Source: Sulfolobales archaeon HS-7 (GTDB taxonomy: Archaea; Thermoproteota; Thermoprotei_A; Sulfolobales; Sulfolobaceae). Taken from it: a stretch of DNA of 64,000 nt. Position numbers and translations under genes: made by a program. Under the pieces are notes generated by a model, which saw nothing but the letters and a program-made list of their open reading frames with translations, searched no databases and had not been told where the DNA came from. Positions 24,374-33,767 of the stretch are shown here, piece after piece. The stretch is taken from positions 1,088,001 to 1,152,000 of the forward strand of contig AP024596.1 of the NCBI GenBank assembly GCA_019704295.1. The letters run 5' to 3'. Each line of letters starts with the position of its first letter. The first letter of the stretch is position 1.

Positions 24374-25069
24374 TTACGACTTTAATCTGTTTCCCCCGTC
24401 AAGCGGAACGACAACTCCGTTTACCCACTCACTATCCTCACTAAGTAGCCATATCGTTACTTTTGCAAAGTCCTCAGGGGGTGCTTTAGGATCCCCAAGG
24501 TTTCTTAACTTCCTGTAATCCCTATTTGGAACGAAATCTCCATCAATCCAGCTAGGAGCGACTCCGTTAACCCTTACTCCTCTGATAAGGAACTCCGATG
24601 CTGCCTTTTCAACTAGCTTTGCCGTACCAGCCATGGCTACAGAATACGACATCGCATCCTCCGAGGTAAATAACCCCCTCATTGATGAAACTAATACAAT
24701 GGACCCGCCCCTTCTTATGTTATTAGCTAAAGCTCTCATGCAGTTTATGGGAACTTTAACGTGATTTGTTAGCATTTCCTCTAGTCCAGAGGGATTCTCA
24801 ATACTATCTTCTACGTATCCTCCTACGGCAATTACTACGCCATCGAGTTCGCCGACTCGTTCCGAAAGTGTTTTACATCCTTCATATGTTGAAACGTCGG
24901 CCGCTATATACGTGGAATTCGGAACCTTTGAGGAAATGTCCTTTAACTTAATTTCGTTTCTTGAATTGAGAATTACGCTCGCCCCTTCCTTAGAGGCTAG
25001 ATAACCCAGGGCGAATCCAAAGCCTGTGCTAACCCCTAAAATTAGAACTCTCTTTCCGTTAAGAAGCAT
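24374..25069 (-). CDS. Short-chain dehydrogenase/reductase (atypical)
   Basis: GVSTGFG, VRVNGVAPS, WVNGVVVPLDGG. Start moved to MLLNGKRV (25069) to avoid overlap with the divergent gene. YSVAM stands where YxxxK is expected. Confidence 0.85.
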   Translation of the reverse strand: MLLNGKRVLILGVSTGFGFALGYLASKEGASVILNSRNEIKLKDISSKVPNSTYIAADVSTYEGCKTLSERVGELDGVVIAVGGYVEDSIENPSGLEEMLTNHVKVPINCMRALANNIRRGGSIVLVSSMRGLFTSEDAMSYSVAMAGTAKLVEKAASEFLIRGVRVNGVAPSWIDGDFVPNRDYRKLRNLGDPKAPPEDFAKVTIWLLSEDSEWVNGVVVPLDGGNRLKS

Positions 25070-25102
25070 GACTCTATAAGCCTTAAAGGAGTAAAAAAAC
25101 TT

Positions 25103-25624
25103 GTGATAATCGAGAGCATATTCGCTCGAGGTCACCATAACGTAACTGCCCTTCATAAAACTACGATGGAGGTAACCAGGGAGGAAAACCTTTCATTAAG
25201 GGGGGATTGTATAGTCGGGGTAAGGAGCGAGAAGGGGGCTAAATCTCTCTCAGTGGAGTTGAAGCAGACTATCAGAAATAGCGGTCATCTCGTCGTCCTA
25301 CTTACAAGCGACGAAGCCTTTGATTTCTTTACGTGTATGGGAACGCGGGAACTCCCGTTTTCTGACGAGACTAAGATCATCTTCAGGAAATCGTCCTTTA
25401 TATCCCCTGCAACAGTGGGGATCAGGTGTTCAAAATCCGCTGGAGATCTCAACAGGGAACTTATCTCTAACCTGAAAAACGGGAAACCCCTTACGGTTCA
25501 TCTTTTAGCATTTACTGCACAGCCTGAAGATGAAGAGGTCCTTAGAGTATTCATTGATCTTCTTCCAGGAACTAACGTTAAATCCCTCAAGGATCGGTTT
25601 CTTGCCGAGAAAGTAAACGCATAG
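25103..25624 (+). CDS. DUF371 family protein
   Basis: ARGHHNVTALHKTTMEVTRE...RGDCIVGV and FRKSSF...KSAGDL signatures. Confidence 0.85.
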   Translation: MIIESIFARGHHNVTALHKTTMEVTREENLSLRGDCIVGVRSEKGAKSLSVELKQTIRNSGHLVVLLTSDEAFDFFTCMGTRELPFSDETKIIFRKSSFISPATVGIRCSKSAGDLNRELISNLKNGKPLTVHLLAFTAQPEDEEVLRVFIDLLPGTNVKSLKDRFLAEKVNA

Positions 25625-26386
25625 TTCCTTTGACACTCTTATTAGTTCTGGAAGAAATTCCCTAATTGCTGACGGATTATCAGCTAAGGTAAAGTCAAAC
25701 GATTTTTCCCTAAAGGGAAGGAAATGACAATCGTAAAGCACCACGTCAGGGTAGAGCTTATTCCTTTTTGAATTATACCTAAGCATTTCAAGTCCGTCAT
25801 AGTTGAGATCACCCGCCACGACATATAATCTCCTTTTTGCAATTCTGAGACTTACGGGTCCGTACCCTGAAAAAGCGTCCAGGACCTTTCCGGAGGCCAA
25901 TTTAGAAATCTCTTCCCTCTCAGCAGAAAGCGTCGTGTTGACGTAAACCTTAGATATATCTATTGTAAAGGTTATTCCTCCCTCTTTGTAAGTTGTTACC
26001 GTTCTGTTCTCTCCGGCTAAATGGATGAGTTCGCCTATCCTGAAATCTCCACTTACTCGCCTTTTTAGGAAAACCGCTCTAATCCTTTTGTTTATCTTGA
26101 GTAGCGCCTCTCCAACAGCGCGATAGTCTATATAGCTGGTTTTTAGTGATATCAGAGCTATGTCCCCGATCAATTGGTATCCAGAAACCCCCTTCACTAC
26201 ATCTCTAAGCTTCGGTGTCTGTTCTCTTAGAGGAGGGAAACATTCTACTGTTTCGGAGTAACCTCCCCCTTCTAACGGTATTAACAGGAAATTTCCATCC
26301 CTTACTATTCTGAACTTCTTATCATACTTTATTTTACCCTTTACCTCATTGTACTTTGTCCGAGGTACTTTAGCACAGATAGTCAG
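25505..26386 (-). CDS. Trm5/TYW2-family tRNA methyltransferase, extended to a CTG start
   Basis: IGDIA, GDFRIGELIHLAGE, DISKVY and DAFSGYGP motifs. The frame stays open 63 codons upstream of the ORF-track GTG, to a CTG at 26386 that has a GGAGGT SD. Confidence 0.8.
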   Translation of the reverse strand: MTICAKVPRTKYNEVKGKIKYDKKFRIVRDGNFLLIPLEGGGYSETVECFPPLREQTPKLRDVVKGVSGYQLIGDIALISLKTSYIDYRAVGEALLKINKRIRAVFLKRRVSGDFRIGELIHLAGENRTVTTYKEGGITFTIDISKVYVNTTLSAEREEISKLASGKVLDAFSGYGPVSLRIAKRRLYVVAGDLNYDGLEMLRYNSKRNKLYPDVVLYDCHFLPFREKSFDFTLADNPSAIREFLPELIRVSKELCVYFLGKKPILEGFNVSSWKKINEYSKDLFIFRLCSKC

Positions 26387-26481
26387 GAGGCTTACCTCCG
26401 GTGTCCTGTGATTTACATGTCAAGTTTCTTACTTAACTTTTTAGCAGGTTATGGGTGGTTTCGAAAAGATAGGAAAGATAA

Positions 26482-27483
26482 CTAACTTTTCTTTAGTTTG
26501 TCCATTTCGGAACTATGACCACCGAATAGTGAGGACTTGGGATCTATATACTTTTTCGCAACGCTTATTGCGATGGCGGCCTGACCGAACCCCGTTGCGA
26601 TAAGCGCTAACTTAGGAGAGCCGTTTACCTGCGCAATGTCACCAGCAGCGTATATTCCAGGTATGTTGGTCTCCATGTTTCCGTTCACCACTACATCTCT
26701 TCCCTTCATGTTAAGCCCCCACCCCATGATCGGGGTAAGATCACCCTTATACCCTATACTTATTACTATTGCGTCAACATCAAGGGTGGTCTCTGCCTTA
26801 GTCCTGTTATCGAAAACAATCGCATGTGTCACTTTCTCACCATCACCCACAACCTCCTTAAGTTCATGAAAAACCATAACTTTCGCAACCTGATAAAGCT
26901 GTTTAACGCTACTTTCGTGAGCCCTAAACTGATCCCTCCTGTGAATTAACGTTACGGACTGAGCAAGTGGGGCTAACATTAGAGCCCAATCAACCGCTGA
27001 ATCTCCTCCTCCTATTACCAGCACTTTTTTTCCAGCGAAGTCTTTTTTCCTCTTTACCGCATAATATACTCCCTTGTTTTCGTAGTCGACCTCTCCTTTT
27101 GCTCCAAGTCTGGATGGTTGTATAATTCCTATACCAGCTGCAAGGAGAACCGTCTTTGTCCTGCCCTGAAAACCTTTACTTGTCGTAAAAGTAAAACTTC
27201 CGTCCTCCCCTTTCTTTAACGAATTGACAACCTCATTCGTTCTAAAATCTGGACCAAATATCTTTGCCTGTTCAATGAGGTTCTGAGCTAGCTCGTAAGC
27301 GGAAATACCTGGGTATCCTCCGACATCATAAACTATTTTTTCCGGGTATAGTGAAACTAGTTGACCTCCGAGTTCTGTTTGCGAATCAACTATTACAGTC
27401 TTCATATCCCTTAAACCCGCATAAAAAGCAGCGTATAGTCCTATTGGACCTCCGCCTACAACTAACATGTCGTAATCAGTCAT
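26482..27483 (-). CDS. Ferredoxin-NADP+ reductase, thioredoxin-reductase fold (YumC-type)
   Basis: [41 protein letters not shown]-terminus; no CxxC. Confidence 0.9.
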   Translation of the reverse strand: MTDYDMLVVGGGPIGLYAAFYAGLRDMKTVIVDSQTELGGQLVSLYPEKIVYDVGGYPGISAYELAQNLIEQAKIFGPDFRTNEVVNSLKKGEDGSFTFTTSKGFQGRTKTVLLAAGIGIIQPSRLGAKGEVDYENKGVYYAVKRKKDFAGKKVLVIGGGDSAVDWALMLAPLAQSVTLIHRRDQFRAHESSVKQLYQVAKVMVFHELKEVVGDGEKVTHAIVFDNRTKAETTLDVDAIVISIGYKGDLTPIMGWGLNMKGRDVVVNGNMETNIPGIYAAGDIAQVNGSPKLALIATGFGQAAIAISVAKKYIDPKSSLFGGHSSEMDKLKKS

Positions 27484-27575
27484 GTTTTCTCATTCTATAA
27501 TGCACAATTTACGTTCTAATTAAGTTTTCCGTTATTTTTTGAGTCCAAAATCTCAATCTTGTTTGTATCGACTTA

Positions 27576-28004
27576 TCATGAGTTGTATATTTCCAAGTGC
27601 ATGGTAATTTCATCATCAACTGATAAGGCCTTTACGCTAAGGTGTTTCTCCTGCTTGTCATAGCAAGCCCTGCAGGGGTAAAACAAATATCCCCCTAAGA
27701 ACACGTATCCTTCATAATAAGAAAGTGCGGTCCACCCCTTATTCTCCACCAGTGTTTTTAGAACCCTTTCCGAGAAGGTCGGTATTACGATGAGGTCGTT
27801 AAACTTAACGAAAGATAATGTCATCTTCTTTAAGCTAAACGGATGTAAGAGGACCCTGTAAGGATTATTCATGTCCATAAATTGAGACGTCTTTATCATC
27901 TCAATCTCGTTGTTAACAGTGTATACTGCGACAGCAGGATAATCCTCAAATATTTCGACCATATCTTTCCACGGTAAAATCGGACTTCCTATCAACCACT
28001 GCAT
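27576..28004 (-). CDS. Hypothetical protein with CxxC
   Basis: 142-aa ORF with PCRAC and C-terminal His residues. Confidence 0.7.
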   Translation of the reverse strand: MQWLIGSPILPWKDMVEIFEDYPAVAVYTVNNEIEMIKTSQFMDMNNPYRVLLHPFSLKKMTLSFVKFNDLIVIPTFSERVLKTLVENKGWTALSYYEGYVFLGGYLFYPCRACYDKQEKHLSVKALSVDDEITMHLEIYNS

Positions 28005-28060
28005 GATTTTGTGTTAAATGAGTAAGTAATAGCGTCATCGCGAAATTCTACTGACAGTCC

Positions 28061-28498
28061 CTATTTCTCATATGGATACTTCGAACGAACGAATTCTAAG
28101 AATCTACGTTTAAACTTGTGATGATTTTCGGGTTCTTCTAACCAAGCCCTGTGAAGTTTATTTTCAGCAATTATTACTGGTTCCCAAGTTTCAAATAATA
28201 CCTTATCGTTCCTATCGTATATCGTTTCACATAAGTTCCACACTATATACGCGTAAGTCTCATATTGAAGTCTTTCTTGTGGATCTTTAAATGCTACCTT
28301 GTAATTTCTCGTATACGCAGGATCCCTAAATTTAGGGTATTCTATACCTAATTTAAGAACTTCCATATAGGCGGAGTCGATATCTGAATAAGTTACATCT
28401 CTCTCGTTTTTTATGAAGGTAATTATTGAAAATATTGCAGCGAAACCACTAAGGACTACCGTTAATATTCCGGTGATAACAGTAAATCCTAAGCTCAT
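28061..28498 (-). CDS. Hypothetical protein with N-terminal TM helix, coupled to a GNAT
   Basis: Single N-terminal TM and helical domain (YAYIVWNLCETIYD, TWEPVI, KLHRAW); ATGA overlap with the upstream GNAT. Confidence 0.8.
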   Translation of the reverse strand: MSLGFTVITGILTVVLSGFAAIFSIITFIKNERDVTYSDIDSAYMEVLKLGIEYPKFRDPAYTRNYKVAFKDPQERLQYETYAYIVWNLCETIYDRNDKVLFETWEPVIIAENKLHRAWLEEPENHHKFKRRFLEFVRSKYPYEK

Positions 28499-29109
28499 TC
28501 TAAGGTTACGATCGAAGGAATTGTATTTAAAGTATACGCGACATATTTATTTGTAGTATTTAGGGAATAAACTTCCTCATATATTTGAATTACCAATCTC
28601 CTTACTATTTCTCCAGAAATTACGTCTTCCCTCTGTATTACCATCAAAATCATGTCAGTAGGAATATCTCCTGAAAGCGGAGGAAGTATGTATTTAACCC
28701 CTTTTAATACCTTAGCTCCGTTTTTCTTATAGAATTCAACTCTCAACTTCCTCTCTTCACTACCGTTTGCAGGATCTTCGACCTCAAATAACAGTCTCTT
28801 CCCTAGAGACGATAAAAAACGTATAGTTGCTGTACCTATCCCCTTACCTCTGAATCCCTCCTTTACTGCTACGTAGTCAACCAATGCGAAATCCCAAAGA
28901 AGAGGCCAAACAAGGGCGATTGAGATAACGTTGTTCCTCATTGTTCCGATGTAAAGTTCCTCTTTATCGGAATCTACTCTACTAGAAATTACCTCAGGTT
29001 TTTGTCTTTCGGCAGGGGGAAAAGAATTGACATATATTTTCATTGCGTCTTCAAAAAACTGATTTCCAGTTTTAATTCGTTTAAACTCTATAGTCTCCAC
29101 AATTACCAT
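28495..29109 (-). CDS. GNAT family N-acetyltransferase
   Basis: SFPPAER, DYVAV...FRGKGIG acetyl-CoA motif A, EVEDP, RVEFYKKNG. Confidence 0.88.
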   Translation of the reverse strand: MVIVETIEFKRIKTGNQFFEDAMKIYVNSFPPAERQKPEVISSRVDSDKEELYIGTMRNNVISIALVWPLLWDFALVDYVAVKEGFRGKGIGTATIRFLSSLGKRLLFEVEDPANGSEERKLRVEFYKKNGAKVLKGVKYILPPLSGDIPTDMILMVIQREDVISGEIVRRLVIQIYEEVYSLNTTNKYVAYTLNTIPSIVTLE

Positions 29110-29649
29110 TCATTTGAGTGTAAATTAAGGTTATCGTGAAATACTTTTCAGGCATCTACCCAGTCTTGTTTCGCCAAAATATTATGTTTGTAAAATATTA
29201 TTAAAGTAATTCTTGTATAAAAATATAGTATTAAGTCAACTTTAAAAGTATTACAATATGATATGTTTAACCAAAATCTAGTATATTTTACAAGTTAATG
29301 GTAACGAACACAAGAAGTTCTCAATTTATTTCACGAGTTTAAAACGAGGTACGTAGTTTCCCTAGCTTGAAAACGCTTAGAGGAGATTGACGAAATAGTT
29401 AAACGGGAGGAACTTCTCTCCCGGTACCCTGAGGTTAAGCGAGAGGAAGTTATGTAAGCTCCATCCAATGTCAAGGAGCGCGTAGATTAGGTAGAAGAAG
29501 GGCTTGTTCCTTAATCTCCTGATTAGTCCCATCTTTTCCCGTCTTGAAGCCCTACTCCATTTGCCACCTTAACCTTAGATCTAGGCAAACTTCTATGAGG
29601 TTGAAACAAATTTAACCTCACGACGAAAGTGTAATAACAAGGGAAACGA

Positions 29650-30459
29650 ATGAGAGTTCTAATAACAGGACTTCTACCCCAAGACTCTGGGAAAACTACG
29701 ATGGGGATCAACTTGATCAGGGCTTTTAAGGAGGTCGGAATCAGAATGTTTCCATATAAGCCAGTTGCGGGATTCAACGGATGGTATAGTTATGAATATC
29801 TTATTCGTGGTGTAAATATGGGAATAATAGCTGGGGGAGACGCATTTAAGTATTACGATGAGACTGGGGAAGATATCAGGAAAATAAATCCCTTTACACT
29901 GCTCACTCTTCCACTGGACTTGGAGAAGGCGGATTTTAGAAATGTGTTCTTTGAGAACAAAGAGGGAATAGTTCATGCCCTTTTGCGAGCTGAAAGTTGC
30001 ACAAACGCAGAGGGATATTACTTAGCTAAAGAATATCAATTTTCATCAGAGGGCCTCATTTCCATCATCAATGGTTTTTTGGCGAGAAGGGGGTTCAATT
30101 TAATCTCGGAAAATCAGATAATTACGATGATAGACGACTCAGTAAATTCTACGAATAACTGTACACCACAAGATGATAACATCATAATAGAATCATATAA
30201 CGACGCGGCTGCCCCGAACTGGGAATCATTGAAAGTCGATTTCACTCTTGCTGTATCGCCAGGAAAGTCGTTCTTAATTTCTGGCGAAGAGTACAGTATG
30301 GCTGTTAAGGCATTAACGTTTTCTCGGCTAATGATGAAAACTATTAAAGTCGTGGGAGTCGTAAGACCTATGAAATCCTTTTCATTATCTCCTCATAATT
30401 TTGAAAACTATAGAGAAATTGTGAATTGGTTGCTAAAGTATAACATTATTTCAAAATAG
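29650..30459 (+). CDS. Archaeal P-loop NTPase (dethiobiotin synthase/CobQ-like fold)
   Basis: GLLPQDSGKTT, YKPVAG and IIESYND motifs. Confidence 0.8.
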   Translation: MRVLITGLLPQDSGKTTMGINLIRAFKEVGIRMFPYKPVAGFNGWYSYEYLIRGVNMGIIAGGDAFKYYDETGEDIRKINPFTLLTLPLDLEKADFRNVFFENKEGIVHALLRAESCTNAEGYYLAKEYQFSSEGLISIINGFLARRGFNLISENQIITMIDDSVNSTNNCTPQDDNIIIESYNDAAAPNWESLKVDFTLAVSPGKSFLISGEEYSMAVKALTFSRLMMKTIKVVGVVRPMKSFSLSPHNFENYREIVNWLLKYNIISK

Positions 30460-31180
30460 CCTGGGTCAGCTTAACCTCTCCTTTTATCTCTAATATCTTT
30501 TTTAGCAGTTCCATGCCGCTAAGCTTTACCTCATTGTTATCAATCTTTACGTTGACCACTTCACCTTGGGCTAGGAGGATCCTCATATTTGTCTCCTTAT
30601 TCTCAATCCTAAGCGATGCAACACCTTTACTTTCAAGTATTTCCTTAATTTTCCACATCACCTTAGGAGGTTCAATCTCCTCCTCTACGAAGTCCATCAT
30701 AGAACTGAGTAGCTCTTTGTAATATCCTGCAGGTAACAAATCGATTCTGTCCGAGACTTTTTCCTCCTCTTGTTCAAATCTGCTGTAAAATTCTCTCATA
30801 TGATGTAATAGATCGTTTAGATCGAGTGATGGGGTTTTTATAATTCCTGTTGGTTTCATGTACTCTATCATAGTGTTGAAATTTCTCTCTGCAACGGTCA
30901 AAGTAAACTTATATATATGCCCTCCCTTCTTATACTCTCTTACCTCGTAAGAGACTCCGTTAATCTCTGGAGTCGGACCTCTTATTAAATAAACATATAA
31001 GTCTTCACTAGGCCGCAAGGTTACGTCTTTTTCCCGAGGATACATTACTGAAATATGTTCAGTTTCACCACGAATTATAAGGTGAAAGTGATATGTTGAT
31101 AGCGTGAAAAGATCAGGTTCAGTTATTAGCTTCTTGATATATCTCGGTCTCGCTATACGAATCCTGTCTGACACTGACAT
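30446..31180 (-). CDS. Hypothetical protein, C-terminal domain possibly DUF2226/PATAN-like
   Basis: 244-aa ORF; C-terminal LRIE...RILLAQGEVVNV...SGMELLKKI pattern. Confidence 0.7.
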   Translation of the reverse strand: MSVSDRIRIARPRYIKKLITEPDLFTLSTYHFHLIIRGETEHISVMYPREKDVTLRPSEDLYVYLIRGPTPEINGVSYEVREYKKGGHIYKFTLTVAERNFNTMIEYMKPTGIIKTPSLDLNDLLHHMREFYSRFEQEEEKVSDRIDLLPAGYYKELLSSMMDFVEEEIEPPKVMWKIKEILESKGVASLRIENKETNMRILLAQGEVVNVKIDNNEVKLSGMELLKKILEIKGEVKLTQAILK

Positions 31181-31560
31181 TATAATATTATTTTTCGATT
31201 TTGAGTTAAAATCATTTACCGTTTTGTTAACGTTGATATATGATGAATAGTTACCCTTGGTTATACCAAACTTTTTTCTTTATAAAATTGTTTTATAAGA
31301 TTTTAACTACTTTTGTATTTACTAGCGATTGGGAGAGATCTGTGGAAACACCCTGTACTTGAATATGAGATTTCCTAAATAGTTATGTTAGCCCCTGATA
31401 TGGGTTTCGCTTTCGTGTCTATATCAGCGAACATTCAAGGCGTTAAAAGCAGTTGTTACCAGTTTCGGATGAAACATGAAGTTTAAGTACTTTATATATA
31501 AAAAATATTTTATAAATTTTATCCCTAGACGTGAATCCTTTTTCCTCAAGGTTACAGGGT

Positions 31561-31716
31561 ACAAGATGTACGGATTTCCCTATCCATGAGTGGGTGAGGG
31601 TTATCCCGCTAAGAGGATGGAGAGGCTTGACGGGACAATACGTCTTGACTCAGGTGAAGTCGAAGGGCCGAAGATTGAGATGAAATATGACGAAATCTTA
31701 AGAAACCCAAACCCCT
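31561..31716 (+). mobile_element. Right-end remnant of a TnpB-type IS (IS605/IS607-like), family B copy 1
   Basis: Shares the exact 16-mer GGTGAAGTCGAAGGGC with the reverse complement of 53908-53923 and aligns with 47281-47420; ends GAAACCCAAACCCCT. The IS assignment rests on recalled Sulfolobales tnpB 3' ends. Confidence 0.6.
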
Positions 31717-32321
31717 ATTGAAGTTAGGTTATAAGGTGTGTAACACCCCATTGTGGACAAAATACCTGTTTTTATTGCATAGTGTATAGCAAATGTTATT
31801 TACTTTATGAACTAAATTTCTATACAAAACAAGCATCGTGGAACCCATTGAGGAGGACAGTACCTAAGGGAATTACGCGGAGATTATATTACGATGATTA
31901 CGATTTTCAAACGTAATTCCCCAAGAGAACCGTAAGAACGAATTCCTTTTGCGAGTAGAGCCTGAACTAGTTGGAAGACGTGATTAAGAGGGAGTTCGAA
32001 GATATTAAGTTCTCCGAATACGAATTGAAGTAAGTGAAGACGCTGATCGTGATAACACTTTTAGCACTTCCATGAGCTTTACGTAAATAACGTAAAACTC
32101 ACCTTCCCCTTTGCAGCACCAGGCGATCCGTAGTAAATGTTCAGAGTTCAACGAATGCGTTTCCTATCTTAACGATTTGAGCTTTTATTGGCGTTCCTCA
32201 CGATCCCCATGATAAGAGCGTGAGCTAAAGCGAAGCGTCAGACGCTTGCCTCGACTTGAATATGATGTCCTCAAATTCCAGAACTCCATCTTTTTATACA
32301 ATTCTATTTAAATAGATATAT

Positions 32322-32373
32322 GGATGATGAGGCCAACATCGTCGGATGAGTGAAGATGGGTCGATTATCTGAG
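32322..32373 (+). ncRNA. Box C/D 2'-O-methylation guide sRNA
   Basis: C box ATGATGA (32324-30), 12-nt guide GGCCAACATCGT, D' CGGA, C' TGAAGA, 12-nt guide TGGGTCGATTAT, D box CTGA (32369-72). TTTATA about 25-30 nt upstream. Confidence 0.8.
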
Positions 32374-32955
32374 ATGGACGAACTAAGGTTGAAGATCACT
32401 TCATGTACAGTTTGTAGGTTAAGCTTAACCCGGGTTAACGCGGTCCCAGGAGACGGTAGTATTAATTCTAAGATTATCTTTATAGGAGAAGCGCCTGGGT
32501 ATTACGAAGATCAGAAAGGAAAACCTTTCGTAGGCGCGGCAGGCAAGCTACTTACCCATTTAATATCGGATGTGTTAGGTCTTGAGAGAAAAGACGTTTT
32601 CATAACGAACGTAGTTAAATGCAGACCTCCAAATAACAGGGACCCACACGAGGATGAAGTATCTAGCTGTTCCTCCTACCTTGATAGAGAAATTGAGATA
32701 ATATCTCCAAACTACATTGTAACACTCGGAAGGCACTCAACGTCTTACATTCTATCGAGGGCCAATATACCCTTCACTTCCATAAGTGATGTCAGGGGTA
32801 AGTTCTTCAAGTGGGGAAGGATAGAAATAATGCCAACATTTCATCCTGCTGCGGCTCTTTATAATCCGCAATTAAGGTCGGTATTAGAGGATGACTTCAG
32901 GACGCTGGCCTCGAGGCTAAACTCTAAAGGGAGGAATCTTCTGGATTACTTATGA
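32374..32955 (+). CDS. udg: Family 4 uracil-DNA glycosylase (4Fe-4S)
   Basis: CTVC, GEAPG, FVGAAG, NVVKCRPP, HPAA. Start moved to ATG 32374 because the upstream GTG lies inside the C/D sRNA. Confidence 0.93.
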   Translation: MDELRLKITSCTVCRLSLTRVNAVPGDGSINSKIIFIGEAPGYYEDQKGKPFVGAAGKLLTHLISDVLGLERKDVFITNVVKCRPPNNRDPHEDEVSSCSSYLDREIEIISPNYIVTLGRHSTSYILSRANIPFTSISDVRGKFFKWGRIEIMPTFHPAAALYNPQLRSVLEDDFRTLASRLNSKGRNLLDYL

Positions 32956-33728
32956 TACCAGGGATTAAAGGAAAAAGAGTTCTTGTTACCGCGGCAAGCA
33001 GAGGCATCGGATACGCAACAGCCAAGAGGTTTTTAGAGGAGGGAGCAACGGTAGTTATATCATCCCACGACGAGAGTAAACTCAATAAAGCGGTTCAATC
33101 ATTATCAAACCTGGGTCCAGTTAAGGGGATTAAGGCAGATTTAACCTCTTCTGAAGAAGTGTCATCACTTGTTAGGGAAGCAGCAGAGAGGCTAGGGGGA
33201 CTCGACGTTTTAGCATATATAACGGGTAGTCCTAAGCCTGGAGAGATGACTAACCTTAGTGATCAGGATTGGGAGGATGGATTCAAGTTATTGATAATGA
33301 GCGCGGTTGTGGCTGTGAGAGAAGCAACTAAGTTAATGAAACGTGGGGGTAGAATAATACTATCTGCGTCAATGACGCTCCTCATGCCCCTTCCTAGGCT
33401 CGACTTATCCAACGTTCTAAGGTTATCAATAGCTGGTATAGTTAAATCAGCTAGTATTGAGTTAGCCCAGAGCGGAATTTTAGTTAACGGTGTATTGCCT
33501 GGATGGACCATGACAGAGCGCATTGAACAAATAATAGAGGAGAGGAGCATTAAAGAGGGGAGAAGAAGAGAGGAAATTGAAAGGGAAATAGTAAAGGACA
33601 TTCCCCTAGGTAGGTATGGTAAACCAGAGGAGATCGCTAACGCGATACTTTTCTTAGCCTCAGACCTCTCAACATATATAACTGGAGCACTCATTCCGGT
33701 TGATGGCGGGTACACTAAGTGTATTTAA
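32952..33728 (+). CDS. SDR family oxidoreductase
   Basis: TAASRGIG, SNVLR active-site variant, NGVLPG, YITGALIPVDGG. Confidence 0.88.
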   Translation: MIPGIKGKRVLVTAASRGIGYATAKRFLEEGATVVISSHDESKLNKAVQSLSNLGPVKGIKADLTSSEEVSSLVREAAERLGGLDVLAYITGSPKPGEMTNLSDQDWEDGFKLLIMSAVVAVREATKLMKRGGRIILSASMTLLMPLPRLDLSNVLRLSIAGIVKSASIELAQSGILVNGVLPGWTMTERIEQIIEERSIKEGRRREEIEREIVKDIPLGRYGKPEEIANAILFLASDLSTYITGALIPVDGGYTKCI

Positions 33729-33767
33729 CGAGAACGATTTTTATAAAAAAAGTCATAAAGATATCCT

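Noticed and set aside
29340-29460. Coding-like fragment (KRLEEIDEIVKREELLSRYPEV)
   Set aside because: No start codon and too short to assign; at most a pseudogene remnant.
31240-31290. ATGATGA C-box-like motif (similar ones at about 53638, 56214, 62523 and on the minus strand near 61800)
   Set aside because: No correctly spaced D', C' and D boxes.
31180-31520. AT-rich tract with TTCGGATGAAAC as a possible replication origin
   Set aside because: Only a weak single mini-ORB resemblance; no repeated ORBs and no adjacent cdc6/whiP.
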